This document shows, in pieces, positions 20,313 through 29,346 of a stretch of 64,000 bases of DNA (positions within the stretch are counted from its first letter, which is position 1; every line of letters starts with the position of its first letter). The translations under genes and the position numbers were made by a program. Source of the DNA: an uncultured Actinomycetes bacterium (lineage in GTDB: Bacteria > Actinomycetota > UBA4738 > HRBIN12); the NCBI GenBank assembly GCA_963704725.1, contig OY969934.1, forward strand, positions 2,368,001 to 2,432,000, written 5' to 3'. The notes under the pieces were generated by a model. That model was not told the DNA's origin and did no database searches. It was given only the letters and a program-made list of their open reading frames with translations.

Positions 20313-20865
20313 CCACCTGTTCCGGCCCGGGACGGGAGCGCCTCACCGAGGGGGCCTCGATCACTCAGGACTGTCATCTTCGGCGAGCTGCCCTACCTTG
20401 CCACCTGCTCTTCTGCCACAAGGCCGGAAGAACTGGACAACGAGCGCGGGCGGACTGCGGGCACGGGCTTTGTCTGCCCCGCATCCGCTGACGTCTTAGA
20501 CGACAGCCGCGTGGCGAAGCGCCTCCAGGACTGGCAGGCGGTTCACACATCGTCCAGCCAGGTCTACGAGCGCAAACGCCCAGGTCACGGGCTGAGTTCG
20601 TGACTGTGTCGGCCGCGAACACGCCACTCGTGCCCCCGTGAATATCCTGTGGCAGGTCACAGCTCGGGCTCGGCGCTATCGCTTGGGTCATGCCGAAGCA
20701 TTCCTCAGATCCCATCACGTGCAGGAATGCGTGGTGAGGGAGCAGTGTCTTCACCTGCTTGGAGTGGGGACACGCCGACCTGTTCATCCCGCCTTGAATC
20801 AACCGGCGCCCATCGCCACGATCGACGTCGGCGCCGGAGACGGGTTCTAGGAGGTGCGGGCGGGC

Positions 20866-21231
20866 TCAGGCGCGGGCGAGCGGAGTCTTCCTCGACCGCC
20901 GAAGAGCCCGATCCCTGGTGAGAAGTGGCACGTCGTGAACGATGCTGGTCGCGGCGATGAGCTCGTCCGCTGGGTCCCCCCGGACATCCAGGCGGGTGCT
21001 CGTCTTGGCGATCTCGGTAGTGATCGGCCACAGGTGGATCCTCGTCAGGGTTCTCACCACCTGCCGATCGTCGAGGTCGACCTCGATCCGTCCGAGCTGA
21101 GCGAGCTTGGCGATCTCCCACAACACGATCGCGGAGATGGACCAGGGGTGGCTGCGAAGCAGCTTGCTCTCCCCGGGGGTGAGGGCTCCCGTCACCGCGT
21201 AGAGCAGGACGTGGGTGTCAAGATTCAGCAT
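20866..21231 (-). CDS. vapC: VapC-type PIN domain toxin
   Basis: LDTHVLL, SAIVLWEI, GDPADELIAAT, LLTRD. Confidence 0.9.
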   Translation of the reverse strand: MLNLDTHVLLYAVTGALTPGESKLLRSHPWSISAIVLWEIAKLAQLGRIEVDLDDRQVVRTLTRIHLWPITTEIAKTSTRLDVRGDPADELIAATSIVHDVPLLTRDRALRRSRKTPLARA

Positions 21232-21436
21232 GCCAGCGGACGCCGGTCGAGATGATGTCGCCCTTGATCTCGAGCTTGTCTTTGAGCGCGCCGATCAGCT
21301 CGGCGGACTCGGCCCTGATCGGGACCAGCTTGGCCACGGGTTTCCCGCGCTTCGTGATCACGATCCCCTCGTCATCGACCTCGTCGAGGATCGCCAGGCA
21401 CTGCTCCTTGAACTTCGCGGCAGGCATCTGCTTCAT
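21218..21436 (-). CDS. Phd/YefM family antitoxin
   Basis: AAKFKEQCLAILDEV, IVITKRGKPVAKLVP; overlaps toxin start. Confidence 0.9.
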   Translation of the reverse strand: MKQMPAAKFKEQCLAILDEVDDEGIVITKRGKPVAKLVPIRAESAELIGALKDKLEIKGDIISTGVRWHAES

Positions 21437-21442
21437 GGACAG

Positions 21443-21469
21443 ACCATAGCACTAGTCATCCCAGATGAC
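21443..21469 (-). promoter_or_regulatory. Leaderless -10 box and palindromic operator of the TA operon
   Basis: TATGGT 6 nt before ATG; GTCATC-cca-GATGAC inverted repeat at 21455-21469. Confidence 0.55.
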
Positions 21470-21556
21470 CAGATTGCTCTTCGGATGGCTTCACCGGATG
21501 ATACGCGTTCACCACCCGGTCGTGACATCGACCGGTGCGGAGCCGGTGGTCACGCC

Positions 21557-22117
21557 CTAAGGACCGCCTCCTATGCGATAGCGCACGTGGATGACTCCGT
21601 TGCCGAAACGGTGCGTCTCGAGAAGTTCGAGATCTCGTCGTAGGGCGGCTCGGAATGCCGGCTTTCCGCCGCCGACGATCACCGGGTTGAGGAACAGGTG
21701 ACATTCGTCGACGAGATCGCCTTCGAGCGCAACCCCCGCAAGCTCGGCGCCGCCGATGAAGATGTCGTGCTCCGATTCCCGTGTGAGCTTCCGGATCGCC
21801 TCGACCTCGAAGTCCCGCTCGACATGGGTGTTGCCTGTCGTAACGTCTGTCAGCGTTCGTGAGAAGACGATCTTCTGGGCCTGCTGCCAGACCCGAGCGA
21901 ACTCGCGGCGTTCGGCTGGGTAGCCCTCCACGGGCCCGTCCCAGTACGCCATCATCTCGTAGAGACGCCGCCCGTAGAGATGGATTCCGACCGGACGCAG
22001 CAACTCGGTGATGAACTCGAACTGGACCTGATCGGGATCGGTCCAATCGAAGGCACCACGCGCGTCCTCGATGTAGCCGTCGAGCGATGTGTTGGTGATG
22101 TAGATCAACTTCGACAT
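21557..22117 (-). CDS. Dihydrofolate reductase / RibD C-terminal domain family protein
   Basis: SLDGYI, LYGRRLYEMM, GGAELA, LVDECHLFLNPVIVGGGKP. Confidence 0.85.
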   Translation of the reverse strand: MSKLIYITNTSLDGYIEDARGAFDWTDPDQVQFEFITELLRPVGIHLYGRRLYEMMAYWDGPVEGYPAERREFARVWQQAQKIVFSRTLTDVTTGNTHVERDFEVEAIRKLTRESEHDIFIGGAELAGVALEGDLVDECHLFLNPVIVGGGKPAFRAALRRDLELLETHRFGNGVIHVRYRIGGGP

Positions 22118-22128
22118 ACGAGAGCCGA

Positions 22129-22608
22129 CTAGGGCGCGTCGGCCGCCCGCTGGAGCTCGGCGACATCGATCTTGCCCATCTTGAGCATCGCCTCCATGGC
22201 CCGGCGGGCACGCTCCTGGTCGGGATCTCCGAGCAGCTCGTTCAGCTGGCGCGGCACGATCTGCCACGATAGCCCGAATCGATCCTTGAGCCATCCGCAC
22301 GGGCCCGGCTCGCCTCCGTCCGCCGTGAGCGCATCCCACAGCCTGTCGACCTCAGCCTGGTCTTCGCACTCGATGACGAACGAGACCGCCTCGTTGAAGG
22401 TGAAGTCCGACCCGCCGTTCAGGCCCTGGAAGTGCTGGCCACCCAGCGTGAAGTCGACCGTCAGGACCATCCCGGCCGGCCCGCTGGGCGTGTCGGCGGG
22501 GGAGCGCCAGACCTTGTCGACGCTGCTGTCCGGCAGCAGGCTCGTGTAGAGCTTGGCCGCCTCCTCGGCCTTGCCGTCGAACCACAGGCACGGAAAGGGG
22601 TTGCGCAT
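22129..22608 (-). CDS. VOC family protein (PhnB / 3-demethylubiquinone-9 methyltransferase-like)
   Basis: PCLWFDGKAEEAA, LNGG..F.FNEAVSF, CGWLKDRFGLSWQIVP. Confidence 0.9.
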   Translation of the reverse strand: MRNPFPCLWFDGKAEEAAKLYTSLLPDSSVDKVWRSPADTPSGPAGMVLTVDFTLGGQHFQGLNGGSDFTFNEAVSFVIECEDQAEVDRLWDALTADGGEPGPCGWLKDRFGLSWQIVPRQLNELLGDPDQERARRAMEAMLKMGKIDVAELQRAADAP

Positions 22609-22658
22609 CTTCTCCTCCTGTCAGAGCGCCGCCGCGGGATCACCTCATCACAGGGTAG

Positions 22659-22685
22659 GACGACACAGGCACACCGAACTCATCG
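22659..22685 (-). promoter_or_regulatory. Candidate SigG/ECF56-type promoter
   Basis: Minus strand CGATGA-N18-GTC, ~50 bp upstream of the VOC gene. Confidence 0.5.
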
Positions 22686-22826
22686 ACGACAGGAGGCTGT
22701 CGACGGTCCGTGACGCGTCACTCCCCGAGCCGCCGGGCGGTCGCCACGACCGTGTGGGCCCGACCCAGGATGACCCTCGACGGTCGGCGCGGTGGGCGCA
22801 GGAAACGGTGATCGACAAGCGAGGCG

Positions 22827-24176
22827 TCAGTCGCGATGAGCCCACGCGGGGGGCGGGTCGGGGAGCGCGAGCACGACCTCGACCGGCTGCGGGGGGTCGG
22901 GCAGCACGACGACCGCCCTGGGGACGTCCTCAGACACGGGCTCGGAGCGTACGTGTGCGGCGTCGGCCCTGCGGACGGCGCGTGACGCCAGAGGGACCGT
23001 GGCCGCGACCGTCACCACCACCGCCGAGGCGATCAGTGTCTCGCGCACGCCGATGAGCTCGGCGATGCGACCCGCCAGCACCAGGCCGATCGAGCTGAGC
23101 ACGGTGGTCACCAGCCAGTCGTACGAGGCGACCCGGGCCATCACCGCCGGCGGGATCCACGACTGGAGCACGACCTCGTAGACCGTGGCCGCGTACGTCA
23201 TCGCGATCCCGGCCGCGAGCATGGCGAGGGCGAGGACCGCGATCGGGGCTGGCACGGCGAGCAGGGCGATCCCCGGGACCGTGACCAGCGCGACGGCGAA
23301 GATGGCGCGGAGCTGTCGCCGGGCGGGGACCCGCAGGGCGACGATCCCCCCCAGCACGCTCCCCAGACCGAACGCGCTGATGACCAGCCCCCAGGAATCC
23401 GCTCCGCCGAGCGACCGGAGCGCGACCTCGGGACCGAGCACTGCCAGGGTGCCGAGGATCGCCATCAGCGAGACGCCGGAGGCGAGCATGATCATGAGCA
23501 GCCACGGTCTGACCACGAGCTCGCGGAACCCGACCCGCAGGTCGTGCAACATCCGCTGCTCGGGGTCCCGCTCGTCCGCGGGTCGCTCTCGGGTCGTGAC
23601 CAGCACCAGGAACGCCGCGCTGAGCACGAAGCTCGCCGCATCCACCGCGAGCGCCACGCCGGGGCTGATCCAGACGATCAGCAGCCCCGCGATCGCCGGT
23701 CCGACGGTGGTGGCCAGGCCCCGACTGATCGACAGCTGCGCGTTCGCCGGCTGGAGCTCCTCGGACGGGACCACCTCGGCGATCAGCCCGGTCGACGCGG
23801 GATCGAAGAACGCCGAGGCGGCCCCGTGCAGCGCCTGCAGCCCGATCAGCAACGGCAGGCCGGCGTGATCCGTGATGATCAGGGTCGCCAGGCTCGCCTG
23901 GCAGACGGCGCGCAGGAGATCCGCGGCCACCATCACCCTCGATCGGCGCAGACGATCCGCGATCACGCCCCCGAACAGCAGGAAGACGCCTCTGGCGGCG
24001 GTCTCGGCCGCGACGATGAGGCCGACGTCCCCGAGGCTGCCCCCCAACGCGAGCACCGCGAACGGGAGGGCCACGAAGGCGAAGCGGTCCCCGACCACGG
24101 AGATCGTCGCCGCGAAGTAGACCAGGCGGAAGTCGCGACGGCGGAGAGGGCCGGGCGCGTCCGAGCGCAGCTTCAC
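22827..24176 (-). CDS. MFS transporter (DHA3/MefA-like)
   Basis: LRRRDFRL, GGVIADRLRRSRVM motif A, about twelve TM segments. Confidence 0.85.
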   Translation of the reverse strand: MKLRSDAPGPLRRRDFRLVYFAATISVVGDRFAFVALPFAVLALGGSLGDVGLIVAAETAARGVFLLFGGVIADRLRRSRVMVAADLLRAVCQASLATLIITDHAGLPLLIGLQALHGAASAFFDPASTGLIAEVVPSEELQPANAQLSISRGLATTVGPAIAGLLIVWISPGVALAVDAASFVLSAAFLVLVTTRERPADERDPEQRMLHDLRVGFRELVVRPWLLMIMLASGVSLMAILGTLAVLGPEVALRSLGGADSWGLVISAFGLGSVLGGIVALRVPARRQLRAIFAVALVTVPGIALLAVPAPIAVLALAMLAAGIAMTYAATVYEVVLQSWIPPAVMARVASYDWLVTTVLSSIGLVLAGRIAELIGVRETLIASAVVVTVAATVPLASRAVRRADAAHVRSEPVSEDVPRAVVVLPDPPQPVEVVLALPDPPPAWAHRD

Positions 24177-24535
24177 GCCGGCCCCACGTCGCTGCGCCAC
24201 GGCACGCCGATCACGACCGGATTGTGCCATCGACGTCGCCCGGTCTGAAGTCGTCCACCCGGGCGCCGCCGACTCGGCCGATGGCCGCGGCGACGGGGCC
24301 CCCCGCGCACCACACCAGCCCGTCGGGCGATCACCCTACTCCGGCCGCGACGAGCAGAGCGTACGTTCGAAGCTCGCCAATTCCGACTGGTGGTTCGGGC
24401 TCACCTCCCCCAGCCCGGGCCGGCCTTCGAGCCGAACGCGAGCCGCCACGGAGACCGGCTCTGACCAGCAAGTCCTGCGCGAATCGGGTCGTTCGTCCCC
24501 ACTCGCCGCCCCGGCCCCGGGCCACACTCGTCGGT

Positions 24536-24859
24536 ATGGACGTCTCGAATCTCGCTGAACAGTCGAGCGAGGGATCCCCGGCTCCGGCCGTGGCGTTCGG
24601 CGCCCTGGGCGACCCCGCGCGGCTCGCCGTCCTGCGCGCCCTCCAGGGCGGGACCACCTGCGTGTGCGAGCTCGCCCCGAGGCTCGAGATGGCCCCGAAC
24701 CTCCTCTCCTACCACCTGCGGATCCTGCGGGAGGCCGGGCTCGTCGAGGGATCCCGGCGCGGCCGGCGGATCGAGTACCGGGTCCGTCCCGTGGCGCTGC
24801 GGGAGCTTGCGGTCGAGCTCGTGCGGCTCGCCGTGGGCGGTGACGACCACGAGCGCTGA
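24536..24859 (+). CDS. ArsR/SmtB family metalloregulator
   Basis: FGALGDPARL, TTCVCEL, LSYHLRILREAGLV. Confidence 0.9.
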   Translation: MDVSNLAEQSSEGSPAPAVAFGALGDPARLAVLRALQGGTTCVCELAPRLEMAPNLLSYHLRILREAGLVEGSRRGRRIEYRVRPVALRELAVELVRLAVGGDDHER

Positions 24860-25901
24860 GGTCTCGACCCGGGCACGCCCAACACGCGAGGGATCGCGCG
24901 CGTGGATGCCGGTGGCCGTCGCGGCCCTGGTGTGGCTCTCGCTCTACCGGGCGAACGGGCCGTTCTGGAGCTGGCTCCTGTTCCGAACGATCGGCCTCGA
25001 CCAGCAGAGCCGGCTCGGGGAGACGATCCGGTTCTTCGTCTTCGACACCGCGAAGATCCTGCTGCTGCTGTCCGGGATCATCTTCGTCGTCACGGTCCTG
25101 CGCTCCTTCCTCAGCGTCGAGCGGACCCGCCGCCTCCTCGGCGGACGCCGTGAGGGCATCGCCAACGTCGCGGCCGCGATGCTCGGGGTCGCGACCCCGT
25201 TCTGCTCGTGCAGCGCGGTGCCCGCGTTCATCGGATTCGTCTCGGCCGGCGTGCCGCTCGGCGTGACGCTCTCGTTCCTGATCGCGAGCCCCCTCGTGAA
25301 CGAGGTCGCCGTCGTGCTCCTGTTCGGGATGTTCGGGTGGCGGATCGCGCTCCTGTACGTCTCGGCCGGGCTCGTGATCGCGATCGCGGCAGGGTTCGTG
25401 CTCGGCAGGCTCGGGCTCGAGAGGTGGGTCGAGCCGTTCGTCTACGAGGTGCCCGCCGGCGCGGCGCCCGGTGACCCTCGCCTCGGGTGGGGCGACCGGT
25501 TCGCGCTCGGCACGGAGGAGATGGGCAGGATCGTTCGCAAGGTCCTGCCGTACCTCCTCGTCGGTATCGCCATCGGAGCCGTGGTCCACGGCTGGGTCCC
25601 GGAGAGCTTCTTCGCTCGCTACGCGGGCCCCGGCAACCCGCTCGCGGTCCCGTTCGCGGTCGTGCTCGGGATCCCCCTGTACTCCAACGCGGCCGGCGTG
25701 CTGCCGCTCATCGAGGCGCTGTACGCGAAGGGATTGGGGATGGGAACCCTGCTCGCCTTCATGATGGCCGTGGTCGCGCTCTCGCTCCCCGAGATGGTCC
25801 TGCTCCGGCGCGTCCTCAAACCCAAGCTGATCGCCGCGTTCATCGGCGTCGTGGGCGCGGGGATCCTGCTCGTCGGCTACCTGTTCAACGCGGTCCTGTG
25901 A
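24840..25901 (+). CDS. ArsP/DUF318 family permease
   Basis: TPFCSCSAVP, GIPLYSNAAG, ALSLPE; in an operon with arsR and thioredoxin-like gene. Confidence 0.85.
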   Translation: MTTTSAEVSTRARPTREGSRAWMPVAVAALVWLSLYRANGPFWSWLLFRTIGLDQQSRLGETIRFFVFDTAKILLLLSGIIFVVTVLRSFLSVERTRRLLGGRREGIANVAAAMLGVATPFCSCSAVPAFIGFVSAGVPLGVTLSFLIASPLVNEVAVVLLFGMFGWRIALLYVSAGLVIAIAAGFVLGRLGLERWVEPFVYEVPAGAAPGDPRLGWGDRFALGTEEMGRIVRKVLPYLLVGIAIGAVVHGWVPESFFARYAGPGNPLAVPFAVVLGIPLYSNAAGVLPLIEALYAKGLGMGTLLAFMMAVVALSLPEMVLLRRVLKPKLIAAFIGVVGAGILLVGYLFNAVL

Positions 25902-25914
25902 AGGAGGAAACGAC

Positions 25915-26160
25915 ATGTCCGTTCATATCGAGATCCTCGGCCCCGGGTGCGTCCGGTGCCGGACCCTGTACGAGAACGCGAAGGCCGCCGTGGACGAGCT
26001 CGGCATCGACGCCCGCGTCGAGAAGATCGACGACGTCGCCGTGATGGCCATGCGGGGCATCATGGAGAGCCCGGCGCTCATGGTGAACGGCAAGCTCGTG
26101 CTGGCCGGCCACCTGGCGACCCCTCACCGGATCGGCGAGATCATCTCCGCGTCGATCTAG
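25915..26160 (+). CDS. Small redox-active disulfide (thioredoxin-like) protein
   Basis: IEILGPGCVRC, GIMESPALMVNG; AGGAGG RBS. Confidence 0.88.
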   Translation: MSVHIEILGPGCVRCRTLYENAKAAVDELGIDARVEKIDDVAVMAMRGIMESPALMVNGKLVLAGHLATPHRIGEIISASI

Positions 26161-26183
26161 CGATCGCGCCGGAGCTCGGGTCC

Positions 26184-26453
26184 CTAATCCTTCAGCTCGG
26201 CGAGCGCTCGCCCCACGAGCGCGAGCGCGCGGCCCTGCTCTGCGAGCCGTTCCTGGAGCCACTCGCGGTGGAGCTCGAGGAGGCGGCGGACGGTCTCGGG
26301 GTCCCCGGCTCCGAGGACGGCCCGGACCCCCTCGGGCGGCATCGCGCACGCGCGGAGCGTCCGGGCCGCCCACGCGAGCGAGCCGACCCCGAGCTCAGGG
26401 GCGGTCGGAGAACGTTCCGAGGTGACCAAGCTTCTCCGGGTTGCTGACGGCAC
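26184..26453 (-). CDS. Small protein resembling the MerR dimerisation helix without the HTH (start uncertain)
   Basis: RTLRACAMPPEGVRAVL..PETVRRLLELHREWLQERL. Confidence 0.4.
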   Translation of the reverse strand: MPSATRRSLVTSERSPTAPELGVGSLAWAARTLRACAMPPEGVRAVLGAGDPETVRRLLELHREWLQERLAEQGRALALVGRALAELKD

Positions 26454-27282
26454 GCAGCGTCTGCACCTGCTCGTCGGCGATGTCGAGCGTGACGGCGGCC
26501 ACGGGCCGCCCCTCGCGGTCGTAGAAGATCGCTCCGGGCTGACCGTTGAGCGTGACCGAGCGCATGCCGGTCACCCCGGCCCGCCCCCCTCGTGCCGCGG
26601 GTCCCTGGAGGAGCCGGACCACGCGGTCGCGCCCGTGGACGGGGCGCGGGAAGGCCGTGCCCTTGCCACCGCCGTCGCCGTACGCGACGACGTCCGCGGC
26701 GAGCAGGCCGACGAGGCCCTCGACGTCTCCCAGCAGGACGGCCTCGAAGAAGCGACGGGCCAGCTCCTCCCGCCGTGCCCGGGAGGCCTCGAAGCGCGGC
26801 TTCTTGGCCTCGATCTGGCGCCGGGCACGGACGGCGATCTGACGGCAGTTGTCCTCGCTCTTGCCGACGACGGCGGCGATCTCCTCGTAGCCGTACTCGA
26901 AGACCTCCCGCAGGAGGAAGACCGCCCGCTCGACCGGGCTCAGGCTCTCGAGCAGCACGAGGAACGCCATCGACAGCGAATCGGCCGTCTCGGCGTGCCC
27001 GGCGACGTCGGACTCGGGATCCGTGACGATCGGCTCGGGTAGCCAGGTCCCGACGTAGCTCTCCCTGCGCACACGCGCCGAGCGCAGGTGGTCGATGGAC
27101 AGCCGGGTGGTGACCGCCGACAGGAACGCCTTCGGCGAGTCGATGGCCGTCCCCTTGACGCCCTCGCGGTGCAGGCGCAGGAAGGCCTCCTGCACGATGT
27201 CCTCGGCCTCGCTCGCGCTGCCGAGCATCCGGTAGGCGATCGAGAACATCAGCGGCCGGAGCTCGTCGAACAGGTCGCTCAC
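26395..27282 (-). CDS. ECF41 (SigJ-like) sigma factor with SnoaL-like C-terminal domain
   Basis: AYRMLGSASEAEDIVQE, RRESYVGTWLPEP, LSPVERAVFLLRE, DGGGK, NPEKL. Confidence 0.92.
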   Translation of the reverse strand: MSDLFDELRPLMFSIAYRMLGSASEAEDIVQEAFLRLHREGVKGTAIDSPKAFLSAVTTRLSIDHLRSARVRRESYVGTWLPEPIVTDPESDVAGHAETADSLSMAFLVLLESLSPVERAVFLLREVFEYGYEEIAAVVGKSEDNCRQIAVRARRQIEAKKPRFEASRARREELARRFFEAVLLGDVEGLVGLLAADVVAYGDGGGKGTAFPRPVHGRDRVVRLLQGPAARGGRAGVTGMRSVTLNGQPGAIFYDREGRPVAAVTLDIADEQVQTLRAVSNPEKLGHLGTFSDRP

Positions 27283-27323
27283 CCGCACCTCCCGCGTCGA
27301 CCGGATCTCCATCGTCCCAGTGA

Positions 27324-27350
27324 GACGAGACAGCCGGTCGATCTGTGACA
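27324..27350 (-). promoter_or_regulatory. ECF41-type promoter of the sigma gene (autoregulation)
   Basis: Minus strand TGTCACA-N16-CGTC. Confidence 0.75.
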
Positions 27351-27374
27351 GCTCGTCCCGGCAACCATCACGAG

Positions 27375-27400
27375 TGTCACACCGCCCGGACCGAACCGTC
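27375..27400 (+). promoter_or_regulatory. ECF41-type promoter of the divergent small membrane protein
   Basis: TGTCACA-N15-CGTC. Confidence 0.65.
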
Positions 27401-27435
27401 TCCTGTCCCGGACCGTGCGCGAGGAGGCGAGATCG

Positions 27436-27636
27436 ATGGAGAACCTGGACGTGTCCCGGACGTCGGCGGCGGGCCGCCGAGACGGGCCGAGCCTGGTGTG
27501 GCGGATCTTGCTGGTCGCCGCGGGTGCGGGGCTGGCCGTGATCGGGTGGACGTTGGTGATGACGGCGATCCTGTCGTTCATCGGGCTCCCCCTGTTCCTG
27601 TTCGGGGTGGCCCTGATGCAGAGTCAGGAGGGCTGA
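27436..27636 (+). CDS. Small two-TM membrane protein (66 aa)
   Basis: GAGGAGG RBS; hydrophobic hairpin ...IGWTLVMTAILSFIGLPLFLFG. Confidence 0.7.
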   Translation: MENLDVSRTSAAGRRDGPSLVWRILLVAAGAGLAVIGWTLVMTAILSFIGLPLFLFGVALMQSQEG

Positions 27637-27676
27637 GGCCGGCCGGAGGGTGCTCCGTCGCCGGGGGAGCCCGAGG

Positions 27677-28423
27677 TCACTCGGCCTCGGGGGTACCTCG
27701 CATGACGTCGCGGCGGGGCGGCTCCAATCTGACACAGCACTCACCGGGGACGGGGTCGAGCACGACGTCGATCGTGTCGTTCCCCAACCCGCGAACGATC
27801 CCCTCGATCAGGCGCTCGTTCATCCCGCACACGACGTCCCGAGCCTCGTTCGCGAGCGCGTCAAACGGACAGCTCCGCAGGCGCAGGCATCCACGCTCGT
27901 CGGGATAGGGTTCGAAGCCGGCCTGCTCGAGCACCGTGCCGGTCACCGTCATCGCCCGCTCCGCTCCCGGTGGGGCGATGCCGCGTCGCCGCCGCTCGGC
28001 GCGGCCGATCTCCAATCCTGCCTCCCTCGCGGCCCGGCTCGCGGCGTCTTCGCCCGTCTCGCCGGGGCCTTGCGTCCGGAGGGCCCGGAGCAACACGGAG
28101 CCCAACAGGTCGTATCGACGCTCCGGGATCGTCACGTCGATCTGGCGAGGCGACGGCTCGTAGTACTTCGCGGTGCGGCCGGCGCCACGCCCACCTCGGC
28201 CCGGTGGCCGGGCATACGAGGCGACGAGGAGTCCCCGATCGACGAGCTTGTCGAGATGGAACGCCGCCAGCTTCCGTGAGATGCCCGCCGCGGCCGCGGC
28301 CTCGTCGCGGGAGACCGGTCTGCCCTGAGCGCGGACGAACACGTACAAGGTGCGGCGCAGCTCGTCCTCCAGCGCTCCCAGCGCCTCCGCGTCTCGTTCC
28401 AGCCCGTTGAGCACCGGACGCAT
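27677..28423 (-). CDS. ArsR-like HTH regulator with Cys-rich C-terminal sensor domain (SufR-like architecture)
   Basis: SRDEAAAAAGISRKLAAFHLDKL, GAGRTAK.Y, CPF..A..VVCGMN, ECCV. Confidence 0.85.
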   Translation of the reverse strand: MRPVLNGLERDAEALGALEDELRRTLYVFVRAQGRPVSRDEAAAAAGISRKLAAFHLDKLVDRGLLVASYARPPGRGGRGAGRTAKYYEPSPRQIDVTIPERRYDLLGSVLLRALRTQGPGETGEDAASRAAREAGLEIGRAERRRRGIAPPGAERAMTVTGTVLEQAGFEPYPDERGCLRLRSCPFDALANEARDVVCGMNERLIEGIVRGLGNDTIDVVLDPVPGECCVRLEPPRRDVMRGTPEAE

Positions 28424-28542
28424 CCTACACCAGAATTCCTTGGACATAGGTGGATTACCAGACTCGAATCTGGGAAAAGGCCAACCATGATTCGCATTGT
28501 TCCGTTGACGCGGCCGCACGAGACGTGATACATCCAACTCCG

Positions 28543-28566
28543 TAACGCCAGCAAGGGCTGGTGTTA
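28543..28566. promoter_or_regulatory. Palindromic operator candidate
   Basis: TAACGCCAGC-aagg-GCTGGTGTTA (9/10 inverted match) just before the RBS; related site at 28425-28449. Confidence 0.55.
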
Positions 28567-28582
28567 GAGGAAGGAGGAGTCC

Positions 28583-29269
28583 ATGACTCCGAGCGGATGG
28601 CTCCGGCGACGAGGGATCACCACCGCGGTGGCGATCGCGACGGTCGCCGTGCTGGGACTCGGGACCGCGTCGTTCGCGGCCACGAGCGGGACGTCCACGA
28701 CGGGCGGCATGCCCGGCCGGACGGCCCATCTTTCGAAGCGGGTGTTCCACGACGGGATGCGGACGCTGTGGGAGCAGCACGTGGCCTGGACCCGCCTGTT
28801 CATCGTGAGCTTCGCGGCCGACGGGCCGGACCTGCAGGCGACGACGGACCGGCTGCTGCAGAACCAGGCGGACATCGGGAACGCCGTGAAGCCCTTCTAC
28901 GGGCGTGTGGCCGCCGATCAGCTCACCGCACTGCTGAGGCAGCACATCCTCACGGCCGCCGATCTGCTGGCCGCCGCGAAGGCCGGTGACACGACGGCAT
29001 TCGAGCAGGCACGGGCCGACTGGTACGAGAACGCCAGACAGATCGCCCGCTTCCTGCACGACGCGAACCCCGACCACTGGCGGCTCGCCGACCTCCGAAG
29101 CATGATGAAGGACCACCTCGATCTCACGCTGCAGGAGGCCTCCGACCAGCTCGGCGGCGAGTACGTCGCGAGCGTCGCGGACTACGACGCCGTCGAGACC
29201 GAGATCCTGGCGATGGCCGACATGCTCTCGTCCGGCATCGTCGCGCAGTTCCCCCAGGCGTTCGCCTGA
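28583..29269 (+). CDS. Secreted helical protein with three His-containing repeats, function unknown
   Basis: RRR-containing signal peptide; repeats LWEQH, LLRQH, MMKDH; strong GGAGG RBS. Confidence 0.75.
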   Translation: MTPSGWLRRRGITTAVAIATVAVLGLGTASFAATSGTSTTGGMPGRTAHLSKRVFHDGMRTLWEQHVAWTRLFIVSFAADGPDLQATTDRLLQNQADIGNAVKPFYGRVAADQLTALLRQHILTAADLLAAAKAGDTTAFEQARADWYENARQIARFLHDANPDHWRLADLRSMMKDHLDLTLQEASDQLGGEYVASVADYDAVETEILAMADMLSSGIVAQFPQAFA

Positions 29270-29282
29270 GGACCGACGCCGG

Positions 29283-29311
29283 GACCCGGCGGTCGTCGCT
29301 GCCGCCGGGTC
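29283..29311. terminator. Intergenic stem-loop (terminator or mRNA stabiliser)
   Basis: GACCCGGCGG-N9-CCGCCGGGTC. Confidence 0.45.
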
Positions 29312-29346
29312 TCCCGGCCGAGAACGGAGGCTTCCATGGATCAACG

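Larger units (their letters stand above)
11305..21450. mobile_element. tRNA-Glu-associated integrative element / genomic island (right boundary uncertain)
   Basis: Recombinase next to tRNA, relaxase-like gene, IS cluster, TA module, visibly more AT-rich cargo at 17.2-17.5 and 19-20.8 kb; no att repeat located. Confidence 0.65.

Noticed and set aside
20330-20850. Short ORFs between the membrane gene and vapC
   Set aside because: No recognisable motifs, RBS or codon bias; left unannotated
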